A DNA stretch of 64,000 nt from Callorhinchus milii (taxonomy: Eukaryota), in NCBI RefSeq assembly GCF_018977255.1, contig NW_024704742.1, forward strand, positions 77,998,001 to 78,062,000. Direction: 5' to 3'. The translations under genes were made by a program, and so were the position numbers. How positions within the stretch are numbered: the stretch's first letter is position 1; each line of letters starts with the position of its first letter. Under the pieces are notes generated by a model, which saw only the letters and a program-made list of their open reading frames with translations, was not told the origin of the DNA and did not search any database. This document shows positions 63,665 through 64,000 of this stretch, one piece after another.

Positions 63665-64000
63665 GGTGCTGACAGCATCACCATCCATGGTTGTCCACCC
63701 CAACTTGCTAAGCCAGTCCGGAACCTTGAGGTCTTGTTTGACCCTCAACTATCCTTTCTACCCCCCATCGGTGCCATGACCCGCTCTGCCTTCCCCACCT
63801 CCGCAACGTCGCCCGGCTCCTACACTGTCTCACATCACAGACTGCCGAAACCCTCATACACGCTTCCATTACATCGAGGCTCGACTATGCAAACACACTG
63901 CTTGTCGGCCTCCCCAACTCCTCCCTCCATAGGCTGCAGATCATCCAGAACTCTGCAGCCCGTGTCCTCTCCTGCACCAGGCTCCACAACCCTACCAACC
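63665..64000 (+). mobile_element. L2 fragment (copy 2), cut by window end
   Basis: Duplicate of 39570-39906. Confidence 0.88.

Larger units (their letters stand above)
40440..64000 (+). repeat. About 24 kb segment, copy 2 (equals 16397-39906; runs past the window end)
   Basis: Starts tgagctaaaattctgagaaagtac; last bases ccctaccaacc match 39896-39906. All repeats of copy 1 recur in the same order. Confidence 0.98.

Overview
Vertebrate nuclear DNA, non-coding and very rich in repeats. The repeat set is L2-clade and CR1-clade LINE fragments plus tRNA-headed SINEs with a Deu-like core, which points to a cartilaginous fish, possibly a holocephalan (inference). No intact protein-coding gene can be supported. 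The long ORFs in the track are decayed LINE reverse-transcriptase pieces or translations of simple repeats. Main structure: 16397-40338 is repeated almost identically at 40440-64000 (cut by the window end), across a 30-N gap. This is most likely two haplotypes assembled in tandem, though a recent tandem duplication is possible. Each copy holds a CpG-rich putative promoter and a probably non-coding first exon of an unidentified minus-strand gene, with a 16-codon uORF and a tandem GTGAGT donor array. Next to it lie a length-variable CT/CA microsatellite and a 1.3-1.6 kb pentamer-based, CpG-free, strand-skewed minisatellite. Transposon nesting occurs in both directions (L2 inside a SINE; SINE inside L2 inside a hAT-like element). 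I found no convincing new biological system; the most promising leads are the promoter/minisatellite/uORF module and the differences between the two copies. Repeat boundaries were read by eye and are approximate.
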